DNA of 64,000 nt from Candidatus Uhrbacteria bacterium (GTDB taxonomy: Bacteria; Patescibacteriota; Patescibacteriia; UBA9934), in contig CALRHD010000002.1 of assembly GCA_943359325.1 (NCBI GenBank), positions 4,629-68,628 on the forward strand. The letters are read 5' to 3'. Position 1 is the first letter of the stretch. Every line of letters begins with the position of its first letter. Of the stretch, positions 17,445 through 27,099 are shown in pieces. Position numbers and translations under genes: made by a program. A model generated the notes under the pieces. It did not search any database. It worked only from the letters and a program-made list of their open reading frames with translations, and was not told the origin of the DNA.

Positions 17445-20400
17445 ATGCGAGCGTATCGTCGTCGTATGGATCCGAAGAATTTTGTTTATCTCCACAATCA
17501 TTCGCATTACTCGCTTTTGGAGGCGCTGCCGAAGCCGAAAAGCCTCGTGAAACGCGCGAAAGAGCTGGGAATGTCGACATTGGCGTTGACGGACAACGGG
17601 GCGCTGTATGGTGCGGTCGAGTTTTTTAAGGCGTGTAAAGATGCCGAAATGAAGCCCATTCTTGGCATGGACACCTACGTTGCGCCGTACCGCATGACCG
17701 ATCGCCGACCGCGTGTCGACGAACGGGCGTTGCGACTCGTGCTCCTCGCCGAGAATGACGAAGGCTACCGTAATCTTCTTCGTATTACGACTGCGGGGTT
17801 TCTTGATGGTTTTTATTACAAGCCGCGCGTTGACAAAGAATTTTTGCGGGAGCATGCACGGGGGTTGATTGCACTTTCGGGGAGTGTGAGCAACGACATC
17901 GCCTTGGCGCTCCTATCCGATGACGTCGACAAAGCGAAGATGCTTGTTGCGAGCTATCAAGATATTTTTGGAAAAGAAAATTTTTATCTTGAACTCATTC
18001 ACCACCCCGACATGCAGCGCCAGCTTGAGGTGAACGAGGCATACAAAAAATTATCGGCGGAAACAGGTGTACCGCTTGTGGCAACACGCAACGTATTTTA
18101 CCTCGACCCCGATGACCGCGAGGGGTATGAGGCGCAGTTGTGCATTATGCGTGGAAGGACGCTCGAAGAATTTCGTCGCACGTCTACCGACGACGTTGAC
18201 TTGTCGTTTGGTACGCCCGAGGAGATTTGCACATATTTTGCCGACGTTCCCGACGCGCTCGAAAATACTGCGAAGATCGCCGAGCGGTGCACGTTTACCA
18301 TGGAGCTTGGAAAAAACTTTCTTCCTGTCTTTCCGCTTCCTCCGGGAAAAACGGACAATGAATATTTTCATGAGTTGTGTATCGCGGGTTTGAAGGAGCG
18401 TTACGCCGACCCCATTCCTGTCGACGTCATGGAGCGATTCGATTTTGAGTACGCGACTATTGAAAAGATGGGATTTGCATCGTACTTTCTTATCGTGCAG
18501 GACTACATCAATTGGGCAAAAAACAACGGCGTGCTCGTAGGGCCCGGCCGTGGAAGTGCAGCGGGAAGTATTGTGGCGTATGCGCTACGCATTACCGACA
18601 TCGAGCCGTTACGTTATGGATTGCTTTTTGAGCGGTTTCTTAACCCCGACCGTGCGTCGCTCCCTGACATTGACACCGACTTTGCCGACCGCGGCCGTGG
18701 AAAAGTCCTCGAATACATCGCACAAAAATACGGCGCTGACCATTGTGCAGGCATTATCACGTTTGGAACCCTCATGCCTCGTGCTGCGGTTCGCGACGCC
18801 GCGCGTGTGCTCGGCCTCACGTTTCAAGAGGCCGACGTTATTGCAAAGGCTGTACCGCCGCCTGTGCAAGGGCGCCACACGCCACTCAAAGAGGCGATTG
18901 TGGAGTCGCCCGACTTGCGGCGTATTGTTGACGGTGACCCGATCGCGCGACGCGTTGTCGACCTCGCCATGAAGCTTGAGGGCAACCCTCGCCACGCCTC
19001 GCAGCACGCATGCGGCATTGTGATTGGTGACAAGCCGCTTGTTGAGCGTGTGCCCCTCCAGAAAGGTCAACATGAAGACATGGCGTTCATTACGCAATAT
19101 TCGCTTAATTCCGCCGAGGCTGCGGGTCTCGTGAAGATGGACTTTCTCGGATTGTCGAACCTCACCGTCATTGAAGACGCACTCGAAATTGTGCGCGCCG
19201 TTCACGGTGTCACTATCGACATCGAGAATGTTCCGTTAGACGACAAAAAAACATTTGCGCTTCTCGGCCGTGGTGATACGACGGGCGTATTTCAGCTGGA
19301 AAGTGATGGCATGAAGCGCTACATTCGCGACCTGAAGCCGACGATGTTTGAAGACATTATTGCAATGGTGTCGCTGTATCGCCCAGGGCCAATGCAGTTT
19401 ATTGAAAGTTTTATTAGTCGCAAACATGGCCGTGAAGCGGTTGCGTACGAACACCCACTTATGGAACGGGCGTTTAAAGAAACGTACGGTATTCCCGTAT
19501 ATCAAGAGCAGGTCATGCAGGTGAGCAAAGACGTTGCAGGTTTTACGGGCGGTGAAGCAGACACGCTTCGTAAGGCGATGGGAAAAAAGATTGCCGAGCT
19601 CATGGCGAAGATGAAAACAAAATTTATCGACGGCGCAGTGAAAAACGGCGTGCGCGCAACTGTTGCAGAAAAGATTTTTCAAAAGTTGGAAGACTTTGCC
19701 GCATATGGGTTCAATAAGTCTCATGCTGCGTGCTATGCAATGATTGCGTACCGCACGGCGTATCTCAAGGCCTACTACCCGGCAGAATTCATGTGTGCCC
19801 TCATGAATAGTGATTCGGGTAATCTCGATCGTATTACTATCGAAGTTGCTGAATGTAGTCGTATGGGGCACGTGGTGTTACCGCCTGACGTCAACGAATC
19901 ATTCCCTGGATTTGCTGTGGTACCGGATACAAAAAACATTCGTTGGGGTTTGCAAGCGATTAAAAATGTCGGCACAGAGATTGCAGAGATTATCGTTCGT
20001 GAGCGTAAGCAAGGCGGAGAGTTTGTCGACCTTCCCGATTTTTTGGGGCGCATCCATGCAAACACATTTAACAAAAAAACGCTTGAGGCGCTTATAAAAA
20101 CCGGTGCGCTCGATCGTTTTGACGACCGTGCAAAACTTTTCACGAACCTTGACCAGCTGCTGTTGTACAACAAGCACATCAACGCATCACGTGAACAAAA
20201 CCAAGTGACACTTTTCGATCTTTCGCCAACGATGGTGACGGAGAAGATTGTGTTGCGCCCGTCCGAAAATATTTCACGGAGCACCATACTTGGGTGGGAA
20301 AAAGAATTACTGGGCTTGTATGTCAGTATGCATCCTGGAGTTCTTTTTGCCGATGCATTTTTGGGTCGTGTCAAAACATGCGCGGAAATTGCTACAATGG

Positions 20401-21017
20401 ACGACGATGTTTTTGTGTCGACTGCAGGAGTTATTGGGAGCGTGAAACAGATTTTCACAAAAAAGAAAAACGATGCAATGGCGTTTGTGCGACTCGAAGA
20501 TAGCTCGGGAAGCATTGAGATGGTCGTGTTTCCGAAAGTGTATGCGCAGATTAAGGAGAAGCTGTTGCCGGATACGCTTGTGCTTGTGAAGGGTAAGGTT
20601 TCGGTGCGCGAAGGTCGTGAAGACGCCGAGGGGAATGTGACGAATGAACATTCGGTGTTGTGCGACGCTATCGTGCCATTTCGCGAGGAAGATGTGCCGC
20701 GCATTGGTGCAATGTTGCAACAGGATATGTGGCCGGAAGAAGGAGGTCCGGCGAAGCCGGATCCGGCTTCGCCAGAAAAGAGAAAAGTGGGAAGTATCGA
20801 AGACGGTATTATGATCACGGCACCAGAAATGCCGTCGCAAGAGATGATTGGGAAGTTGCGCGAAATATTCCAGGCAGCACCGGGGAGGGAGCGGGTGTAC
20901 CTCCTTGTACAGTCGGGCGGGAAATTGCAAACCATCGCAACCGAGTATTCCGTGAAACGCTCGCAAGACCTTCTTGTCCGCATTTCTGCAATTGTCGGTG
21001 CAGAGAATGTGCGGTAG
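17445..21017 (+). CDS. dnaE: DNA polymerase III alpha subunit
   Basis: The PHP domain starts YLHNHSHYSLLEA. The polymerase core motifs and an OB fold are present. At about 1190 aa it is the right size. The start is set downstream of the REP. Confidence 0.9.
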   Translation: MRAYRRRMDPKNFVYLHNHSHYSLLEALPKPKSLVKRAKELGMSTLALTDNGALYGAVEFFKACKDAEMKPILGMDTYVAPYRMTDRRPRVDERALRLVLLAENDEGYRNLLRITTAGFLDGFYYKPRVDKEFLREHARGLIALSGSVSNDIALALLSDDVDKAKMLVASYQDIFGKENFYLELIHHPDMQRQLEVNEAYKKLSAETGVPLVATRNVFYLDPDDREGYEAQLCIMRGRTLEEFRRTSTDDVDLSFGTPEEICTYFADVPDALENTAKIAERCTFTMELGKNFLPVFPLPPGKTDNEYFHELCIAGLKERYADPIPVDVMERFDFEYATIEKMGFASYFLIVQDYINWAKNNGVLVGPGRGSAAGSIVAYALRITDIEPLRYGLLFERFLNPDRASLPDIDTDFADRGRGKVLEYIAQKYGADHCAGIITFGTLMPRAAVRDAARVLGLTFQEADVIAKAVPPPVQGRHTPLKEAIVESPDLRRIVDGDPIARRVVDLAMKLEGNPRHASQHACGIVIGDKPLVERVPLQKGQHEDMAFITQYSLNSAEAAGLVKMDFLGLSNLTVIEDALEIVRAVHGVTIDIENVPLDDKKTFALLGRGDTTGVFQLESDGMKRYIRDLKPTMFEDIIAMVSLYRPGPMQFIESFISRKHGREAVAYEHPLMERAFKETYGIPVYQEQVMQVSKDVAGFTGGEADTLRKAMGKKIAELMAKMKTKFIDGAVKNGVRATVAEKIFQKLEDFAAYGFNKSHAACYAMIAYRTAYLKAYYPAEFMCALMNSDSGNLDRITIEVAECSRMGHVVLPPDVNESFPGFAVVPDTKNIRWGLQAIKNVGTEIAEIIVRERKQGGEFVDLPDFLGRIHANTFNKKTLEALIKTGALDRFDDRAKLFTNLDQLLLYNKHINASREQNQVTLFDLSPTMVTEKIVLRPSENISRSTILGWEKELLGLYVSMHPGVLFADAFLGRVKTCAEIATMDDDVFVSTAGVIGSVKQIFTKKKNDAMAFVRLEDSSGSIEMVVFPKVYAQIKEKLLPDTLVLVKGKVSVREGREDAEGNVTNEHSVLCDAIVPFREEDVPRIGAMLQQDMWPEEGGPAKPDPASPEKRKVGSIEDGIMITAPEMPSQEMIGKLREIFQAAPGRERVYLLVQSGGKLQTIATEYSVKRSQDLLVRISAIVGAENVR

Positions 21018-21055
21018 CGTCGCGGGCGCCTAGGCATTCGGGACGCGGTATTTTT

Positions 21056-21084
21056 TTGACAAAACGCCCATTTTTTGTTATAAA
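21056..21084 (+). promoter_or_regulatory. Near-consensus sigma70-type promoter: TTGACA, a 17-nt spacer, then TATAAA with an upstream TGT (extended -10)
   Basis: Read directly. It lies about 80 nt upstream of ORF 21164, which has the strong Shine-Dalgarno sequence AAAAAGGAGGACTAGCCGATG. Confidence 0.6.
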
Positions 21085-21163
21085 ATAAGGGTTGATCCTC
21101 TTGTTGGATTGACCGTTTCTCGAGCGTTTTGAGATGTTTTTCAAGAAAAAGGAGGACTAGCCG

Positions 21164-21946
21164 ATGTCTCAACCATTGTTCTCGTCCGTAACACTGGACG
21201 ATCCAAAGGGTATCAAGTGTTCTACCATGTTCCGTGAGGTCTATAACGGAATGGAGTTGAATGACGATCGCGCACAGCTCGTTAATGAGCGGGGAGGAGA
21301 GTTCAAGGCAGGAGTGCGCGAGCTTCTTGCACGGCTTTCCGCGGTCGGGAAGATGTTTAACATCACTCACCAGATTGAGCAGCTTATCGCGCTCAATTTC
21401 CAAACAGGGTGCAGCCCGAGCGGCATGAGTGCCGAGGATTATCGCAAGCTCTGGCCAACGTCTGTCGTGCAACCCGTGGAGTACGCGGGTCGTCTCGACC
21501 TACCACTCCTTGTCGATACGACGATCCCGCTCAATCGACTCGTAGTGCTGAACCACAATGTTGTGGAGCACATCAATCTTTTATCCTGTAGGGATATGGT
21601 CAATGCACCATGTCACGCAAGTGGTGCAATGTGTACCCGCTACATTGCGTGGGTGCAGACTCATCGCTGGCTCGGACGAAAGGTTGCCGATGTTCGTAAG
21701 GAGATGGCCGCAGACGAAGTGGGACTCGTGATTGTGGAAGGGCTGCATCTTCCGGGGCAATGCGAATCTCTGCTCCGAAAGCAGGGTGTTGACATCCCTG
21801 GCTCGCGCTGCGGCGAGGCCTACGCGCCGTGCGTCGACTGGTTCGACGATGTTCGGCCGCGCGTTTGCGCCAGCCTCGTCGAGTATGCCAATGCGTTCTA
21901 TGGTTCTGCATCCCGTGGGACTACTGTGGTGCCTGTGACCTGGTAG
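21164..21946 (+). CDS. Hypothetical cytoplasmic protein (260 aa, 12 Cys)
   Basis: It has a strong promoter, a strong Shine-Dalgarno sequence and an intrinsic terminator. I do not recognise any family motif. Confidence 0.6.
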   Translation: MSQPLFSSVTLDDPKGIKCSTMFREVYNGMELNDDRAQLVNERGGEFKAGVRELLARLSAVGKMFNITHQIEQLIALNFQTGCSPSGMSAEDYRKLWPTSVVQPVEYAGRLDLPLLVDTTIPLNRLVVLNHNVVEHINLLSCRDMVNAPCHASGAMCTRYIAWVQTHRWLGRKVADVRKEMAADEVGLVIVEGLHLPGQCESLLRKQGVDIPGSRCGEAYAPCVDWFDDVRPRVCASLVEYANAFYGSASRGTTVVPVTW

Positions 21947-21957
21947 CCTGAAACCTT

Positions 21958-21992
21958 GATGCCCGCAACTTTGTTGCGGGCATCTTTGTATT
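21958..21992 (+). terminator. Intrinsic terminator GATGCCCGCAAC-TTTG-TTGCGGGCATC followed by TTTGTATT
   Basis: Read directly: a perfect 11-12 bp stem followed by a T-run. Confidence 0.75.
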
Positions 21993-22175
21993 CTGAAAAC
22001 TTTTGCGTATCGCCGCCATGGTGTCAAAGAAAAATGCACAACTCTCTCCGCACAACATACTTTCGTTGTCATCCTCATAAAAATAGGGATCCATGTTGAT
22101 GCTGTCTGGATTCCCGCCTACGCGGGAATGACAGAAATTGGGAATATGTTGTGGGGGAAGAGGTATAGAAAAATG

Positions 22176-22184
22176 TGCTATAAT
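22176..22184 (+). promoter_or_regulatory. Extended -10 promoter TGCTATAAT whose last base is 9 nt from the ATG at 22193, which predicts a leaderless transcript
   Basis: Read directly. Confidence 0.5.
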
Positions 22185-22192
22185 GCCCTCGT

Positions 22193-23368
22193 ATGGTAAA
22201 AAGCGTGCCCAAAAAGGGTGGGGCAGGGAAGAAGCCGTTATCCCGAAGTTTGCGAATGTATCAACGCATTGCGGTTGCATTTGTTGTAGGAACGCTTGGG
22301 CTTTTGATTGTCGTTCTCTACCTATCCATTTCTCGCGCTACAATTCATATTGTTCCTAAAGCAAAAACCGTCGATGTTACTGTTCCTGTGCATGTTGTGC
22401 CGAATCCGACTGAAGAAGGCGATATGACGGGTGTTGTTGTTGAACAAACGTTTACGAAGGCACAGTCGTTTGCGTTGCCGAGCGAGGGTGGGACGCCTGT
22501 CGAACAAAAGGCGGGTGGTATGGTGACGCTCATTAACAAAACCAACGCACCGCAAACGCTCGTTGCGACAACGCGACTTTTGTCGGAGGAAGGTGTGCTT
22601 TTCCGTATTGATAATTACGTCACTATTCCTGCAAACGGTCAGCTCGACACTACGGTGCATGCCGACGTCACAGGACTTTCGGGCGAAGTGCCGCCTACGC
22701 AGTTCACTATTCCCGGATTGCCCACGTCGCAGCAAAAAGACATTTATGCAGTGAGTGTTGACGCGATGACGGGTGGGGTGAGTTACGTCCGTACATTGTC
22801 GGAACAAGACTTGAACGACGCGGTGACGTCGCTTACCGACAGTATGATTTTGGACAGCAAAGCGACGCTTGCTGCAGGCGTCGATCGTGCGATTTTTCCA
22901 GGCGAAGCATATGTGAGCGACGTTCTTGAGCGTAAAAGTGACACGCAACCCGGAAGCGAGGCGGGGAGTTTTACCGTATCGCTCACTGTGCATGTCGCAG
23001 CGGTGTATTACGACCCTGCGATTCTCACCACCTACGCACAACAAAAACTCGCCGCACAGTTGCCGAGCGAGTACGCTATGGTGACAATGAATACCGAAAG
23101 CATGCAGGTTTCCGTCGACTCTGCTGAAAAGTCGAAAGGTACGGCGACACTTTCGGTGTATCTTGACGGCGTTGGTGCGATTTCGGCAGGCGCAGACGCA
23201 TTTCGCAAAGAGCGTTTCCTTGGCCGTTCGGCACAAGAAGTGATGACGCTGCTCTCTGTTTCGGATGCGATTGCCAGCTCGAGTGTCACTTTCACACCGT
23301 TTTGGCTCAAACGAGTTCCTACGCTTCGTGACCACATCGTTGTTGACATAGAAGAGCCTGCTTCGTAA
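22193..23368 (+). CDS. Hypothetical protein with an N-terminal membrane anchor (391 aa)
   Basis: A basic N-terminus is followed by one transmembrane helix and a large beta-rich, Thr/Val-rich extracytoplasmic domain. Confidence 0.5.
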   Translation: MVKSVPKKGGAGKKPLSRSLRMYQRIAVAFVVGTLGLLIVVLYLSISRATIHIVPKAKTVDVTVPVHVVPNPTEEGDMTGVVVEQTFTKAQSFALPSEGGTPVEQKAGGMVTLINKTNAPQTLVATTRLLSEEGVLFRIDNYVTIPANGQLDTTVHADVTGLSGEVPPTQFTIPGLPTSQQKDIYAVSVDAMTGGVSYVRTLSEQDLNDAVTSLTDSMILDSKATLAAGVDRAIFPGEAYVSDVLERKSDTQPGSEAGSFTVSLTVHVAAVYYDPAILTTYAQQKLAAQLPSEYAMVTMNTESMQVSVDSAEKSKGTATLSVYLDGVGAISAGADAFRKERFLGRSAQEVMTLLSVSDAIASSSVTFTPFWLKRVPTLRDHIVVDIEEPAS

Positions 23369-23406
23369 TATGAACAAAGTTGGAGTGTCGATTTTTGTAT
23401 TTTTTT

Positions 23407-25146
23407 ATGCAGCCAGAACAACTTGAACATCTTCGCCACTCTCTCGCACACCTTTTAGCCGCTGCGGTCTTGGAGCTGTACCCCGACGCACAGCGGACGA
23501 TTGGTCCTGCGATTGACGATGGGTTTTATTATGACTTCAATTTTTCGTCGCCCGTGTCGGAAGACGATTTGCCAAAAATTGAAGCGAAGATGCGTGAACT
23601 CATGCCCACGTTCACCGCGTTTCAGAGGGACGAAGTTGACGCGAATGCGGCACGAGAAGCGTTCGACGGAAACAAATACAAAATTGAACTTATCGATGAG
23701 TTTAGCAAAGATGGTCAAACGTTGACGTTGTACCGATCGGGGAACTACGTCGACCTTTGTCGCGGCGGTCATGCGGAGCGCCTCGATAACGTCGACCCCG
23801 AATGCTTTACGCTCACAAAAATTGCAGGCGCATATTGGCGTGGTGACGAACACAACGATCAGCTCACGCGTATTTATGCTGTAGCGTTTGCGACAAAGGC
23901 CGAACGTGATGCGCATTTGGCCATGCTCGAAGAAGCGAAGAAGCGCGATCATCGCAAGCTTGGCAAAGAGCTTGGATTGTTTACGCTTATCGAAGAAATT
24001 GGTGGGGGGTTACCGCTCTTTTATCCAAAAGGCGCCATTCTTCGACGTACGATCGAAAATCTCATTACAAACATGCAAGAGAGTCGGGGCTACACGCCGA
24101 TTTGGATTCCGCACATCACCAAGGGAAAACTCTATGAGATGTCTGGGCATTTGCAAAAGTATGATGCGATGTATCCGCCCATGGTGTTGAAAGGTGAGGA
24201 CAATTACTACTTGAAGCCAATGAATTGTCCGCATTTCATGATGCTGTATAAAACGTTAGCGCATTCCTACAAAGATTTACCAGTTCGTTGGGTATGCACA
24301 ACAACGAACTATCGATATGAGAAAAGCGGAGAACTTTCTGGGCTTGCTCGCGTTCGTGCATTGACGCAAGATGACTGCCACGTCTTCGTTATGCCGGAGC
24401 AGATCGAGAGCGAGATCAATATCATGCTTGACATGCTTCAGGATCTTTATAGAATCTTCGACCTCAAAGATTTTTGGGTACGCATCTCAACGCATGATCC
24501 GAAAGATAAAGAAAAATATATCGGTGATGATGACGTTTGGCAAAGCTCTGAAGCCGCACTTGAAAAACTTATCAAGGCACGGGGTTGGAAATTCGATGTT
24601 GGCGTTGGGGAGGCGGCATTCTACGGCCCCAAGCTTGATTTCATGTTCAAGGATGCACTCGGTCGCGAATGGCAATTGTCGACGATTCAGCTCGACATGA
24701 ATCTTCCGGAGAGGTTTGACCTTGAGTACATGGATAGCGATAACAAAAAGAAACGTCCTGTTGTTATTCATCGTGCACTCCTTGGATCCGTTGAGCGATT
24801 TCTCGGTATCATGATTGAGCATTACGCAGGTGCATTCCCTATGTGGCTTGCGCCAGAACAAATTCGCGTTGCAACGGTTGCAGAAGAATTTTTGCCGTTT
24901 GCAACTGCACTCGTTGCACAGCTTTCCGACGCAGGACTCCGCGTTGCGCTTGATGACTCGAGCGAAAAAGTTGGCAAAAAAATCCGTAACGCCGCAATGG
25001 CAAAAGTACCGTGGACGATTGTGGTCGGTGCAAAGGAAGTTGAAGGCGGCGACTACAAAGTAAATGTGTTCGGCCAAACCGAAGATATTCTTATCGCCCA
25101 ATCCGATCTCGTACAGAAAGCGATCGAAAGCGCGAAGCTGCCGTAG
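23407..25146 (+). CDS. thrS: Threonine--tRNA ligase lacking the N-terminal TGS domain
   Basis: The N2 editing-domain motifs HSLAHLL and GPAIDDGFYYDF are present. Class II motifs and the C-terminal anticodon-binding domain follow. Confidence 0.9.
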   Translation: MQPEQLEHLRHSLAHLLAAAVLELYPDAQRTIGPAIDDGFYYDFNFSSPVSEDDLPKIEAKMRELMPTFTAFQRDEVDANAAREAFDGNKYKIELIDEFSKDGQTLTLYRSGNYVDLCRGGHAERLDNVDPECFTLTKIAGAYWRGDEHNDQLTRIYAVAFATKAERDAHLAMLEEAKKRDHRKLGKELGLFTLIEEIGGGLPLFYPKGAILRRTIENLITNMQESRGYTPIWIPHITKGKLYEMSGHLQKYDAMYPPMVLKGEDNYYLKPMNCPHFMMLYKTLAHSYKDLPVRWVCTTTNYRYEKSGELSGLARVRALTQDDCHVFVMPEQIESEINIMLDMLQDLYRIFDLKDFWVRISTHDPKDKEKYIGDDDVWQSSEAALEKLIKARGWKFDVGVGEAAFYGPKLDFMFKDALGREWQLSTIQLDMNLPERFDLEYMDSDNKKKRPVVIHRALLGSVERFLGIMIEHYAGAFPMWLAPEQIRVATVAEEFLPFATALVAQLSDAGLRVALDDSSEKVGKKIRNAAMAKVPWTIVVGAKEVEGGDYKVNVFGQTEDILIAQSDLVQKAIESAKLP

Positions 25147-25147
25147 C

Positions 25148-27010
25148 TTACGCCTGTAGTTTTCCGCGTTTTAATTTCGTTTTTCTTTCAGTTTCGAGTC
25201 GTTTAAGTGATGCTTCTGCTGCCTGTTTCATCTTTCTTGTGTACCACCAACGTTCTACAATTCCCGCATTTTTCACGTCCTCTAAACTAAACTTCAATAA
25301 TTTTGGGAATTCTATTTTAAGTTCGTTGTATTGACGAACGAACTCTTTTGCTCCGCCGAAATTGTCGGCCAATCGGCGGAATGAATTCGTTTCCGTAAGC
25401 GCGTTTTTGCGCTCTAAATTTTTGTTGCTTTCGTACGCAGCAGCCCCAATGGGAGTTTTTTCGCCTTCATCAAACCATGTTGACTCAAGATCGACTTTAC
25501 GGTCGGGTGAATATTCCAGGTCGTCTCGACGTCGTTGTGGCTCTATTATTTCTGGTGCGCGATATTGGAGGTCGTCTACAATCTGTTCTTTTTTTAATCG
25601 TTTTGCACCTGCCTTCGAAAGCGCGGGCATTACGATTTTTGGAATTGGCAATACCGCTTTTACTTTTTCCAAAACTGGCTTCTTCCACTTCGGTGTTTCA
25701 GCTGCCGGCCGATCGTCTGCGGACAAAATCTTATTACCGACGCGATATGAGCCGTCGTCAGGGCGAATGACTTTTGCGCGGGACGCTTTCTTCGGGGCGG
25801 GTTCGTCAGCTTCGACTTCCACCGTGACGGGCGTTGGCGTAATAGTCTGTTCCGTAATTTCTTCGCTTTCTGGGAGTTTGAGCTCATCAAGAAGCCGCGC
25901 GACGCCATCTTTTTCATGTTGCGCAAGATCGGGACTCTTCGAAAGCTCGTGCAAATGATCACGCGCTTCGTCAGCGTCGATACGCCCTGTTTCCAGTGCA
26001 CGATGGAGTGAAGATTCGACTTTCGACGGCCGATCTTTTCCTGCGGCAGATTCTGCGAGTTTTGTGAACATTGCTCTTACTGTTTCTCCACCTTCAGAAA
26101 TAAGTAGACTTCGCGATGCCAGAAGTATTTGCTCACGTTCCTGCAATTCAAGAATTCCAAATGGTGCGGCAACGGTATCTTTGTCGACTTTGAGCTTTTC
26201 GATGACATCGTCGCATCGAGCGATGTGTACGTCGAGGTCCTCGAGCGTCATTTGACCGATGTCGAACCCCTTCGTTATCTCGAGCGCAACGAACGGCGAG
26301 AGTTCGCCACGTGCAACGCTGACCACTTCGTTTCCTTCTGTGAGCGCCATGGTTTCCGCCGCTACCATGCGATTGGCAATGTCTTCGTCCTCTTCGATCG
26401 CGTCGACATGAATTTCTCGGAGAAGTCTTTCGTCGTTCGCCTTTATGGCTCGATTGTACATGTCATCGATGCCTTCTGCATCCTGTTTGCGAATTTCGGC
26501 AACGGCATCGAAAAGCAATCGTGCCATGTCGGGCATGTCGTCTACCGAAGCGCTGATCGACGCAATGCGTATTATGTCTTTTTTGTAGCGATCGAGAAAT
26601 GCTTTCTCTGCTTTCGATTCTTCTTTGTCTCCCATGCCTTCGGTTGCTGCAAGCGCGTTATCCCAATGCTCGGCAATGCTTTCGCCGATGTCATTCGTTG
26701 CTGCGCGTTCCTCTATTGCCGCTTCGGAGCGCGTCAACCATGTAACGCTATCGCCGCGCCGCAAATAGAGCGTATCGCCCGTAGCATTGTCGACGACCCA
26801 TTCTTCGTACTGCCCGTCACGGCCGATGCGCTCAACGACACTTCCCTCCTTGTACGTTTCTGCACGACTGGTAACCCAATTTCCCTTTGGCGCGGCCTCG
26901 CGCATTGCTTCTGCCTCGGCGGCGACGTCGATACGCTCGTTGTGCAGCGTTGGTAGCTCGGCCTCTGGTATGTCGTGCTGCAACACTCTTTCTGTGCTTC
27001 GTTTTGCCAT
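25148..27010 (-). CDS. Hypothetical highly charged, acidic protein (620 aa)
   Basis: It has no transmembrane helix and no motif that I recognise. It is Glu/Asp/Lys-rich with predicted long helices. Confidence 0.45.
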   Translation of the reverse strand: MAKRSTERVLQHDIPEAELPTLHNERIDVAAEAEAMREAAPKGNWVTSRAETYKEGSVVERIGRDGQYEEWVVDNATGDTLYLRRGDSVTWLTRSEAAIEERAATNDIGESIAEHWDNALAATEGMGDKEESKAEKAFLDRYKKDIIRIASISASVDDMPDMARLLFDAVAEIRKQDAEGIDDMYNRAIKANDERLLREIHVDAIEEDEDIANRMVAAETMALTEGNEVVSVARGELSPFVALEITKGFDIGQMTLEDLDVHIARCDDVIEKLKVDKDTVAAPFGILELQEREQILLASRSLLISEGGETVRAMFTKLAESAAGKDRPSKVESSLHRALETGRIDADEARDHLHELSKSPDLAQHEKDGVARLLDELKLPESEEITEQTITPTPVTVEVEADEPAPKKASRAKVIRPDDGSYRVGNKILSADDRPAAETPKWKKPVLEKVKAVLPIPKIVMPALSKAGAKRLKKEQIVDDLQYRAPEIIEPQRRRDDLEYSPDRKVDLESTWFDEGEKTPIGAAAYESNKNLERKNALTETNSFRRLADNFGGAKEFVRQYNELKIEFPKLLKFSLEDVKNAGIVERWWYTRKMKQAAEASLKRLETERKTKLKRGKLQA

Positions 27011-27099
27011 ACGTCAATATAAGGTGATATTGAGAACAGTATACTCTATGTTGACGAAACCGTCGTTTTCGGTTACGGTTTTTTGGCTCAGGAGGTTCA

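Noticed and set aside
19775-21472. 565-aa minus-strand ORF antisense to dnaE
   Set aside because: It runs opposite a conserved essential gene and has low-complexity composition with no motif.
27011-27099. Promoter call TTGACG-17-TACGGT upstream of ORF 27100
   Set aside because: The -10 hexamer is poor and there are alternative hexamers, so I did not list it as a feature.
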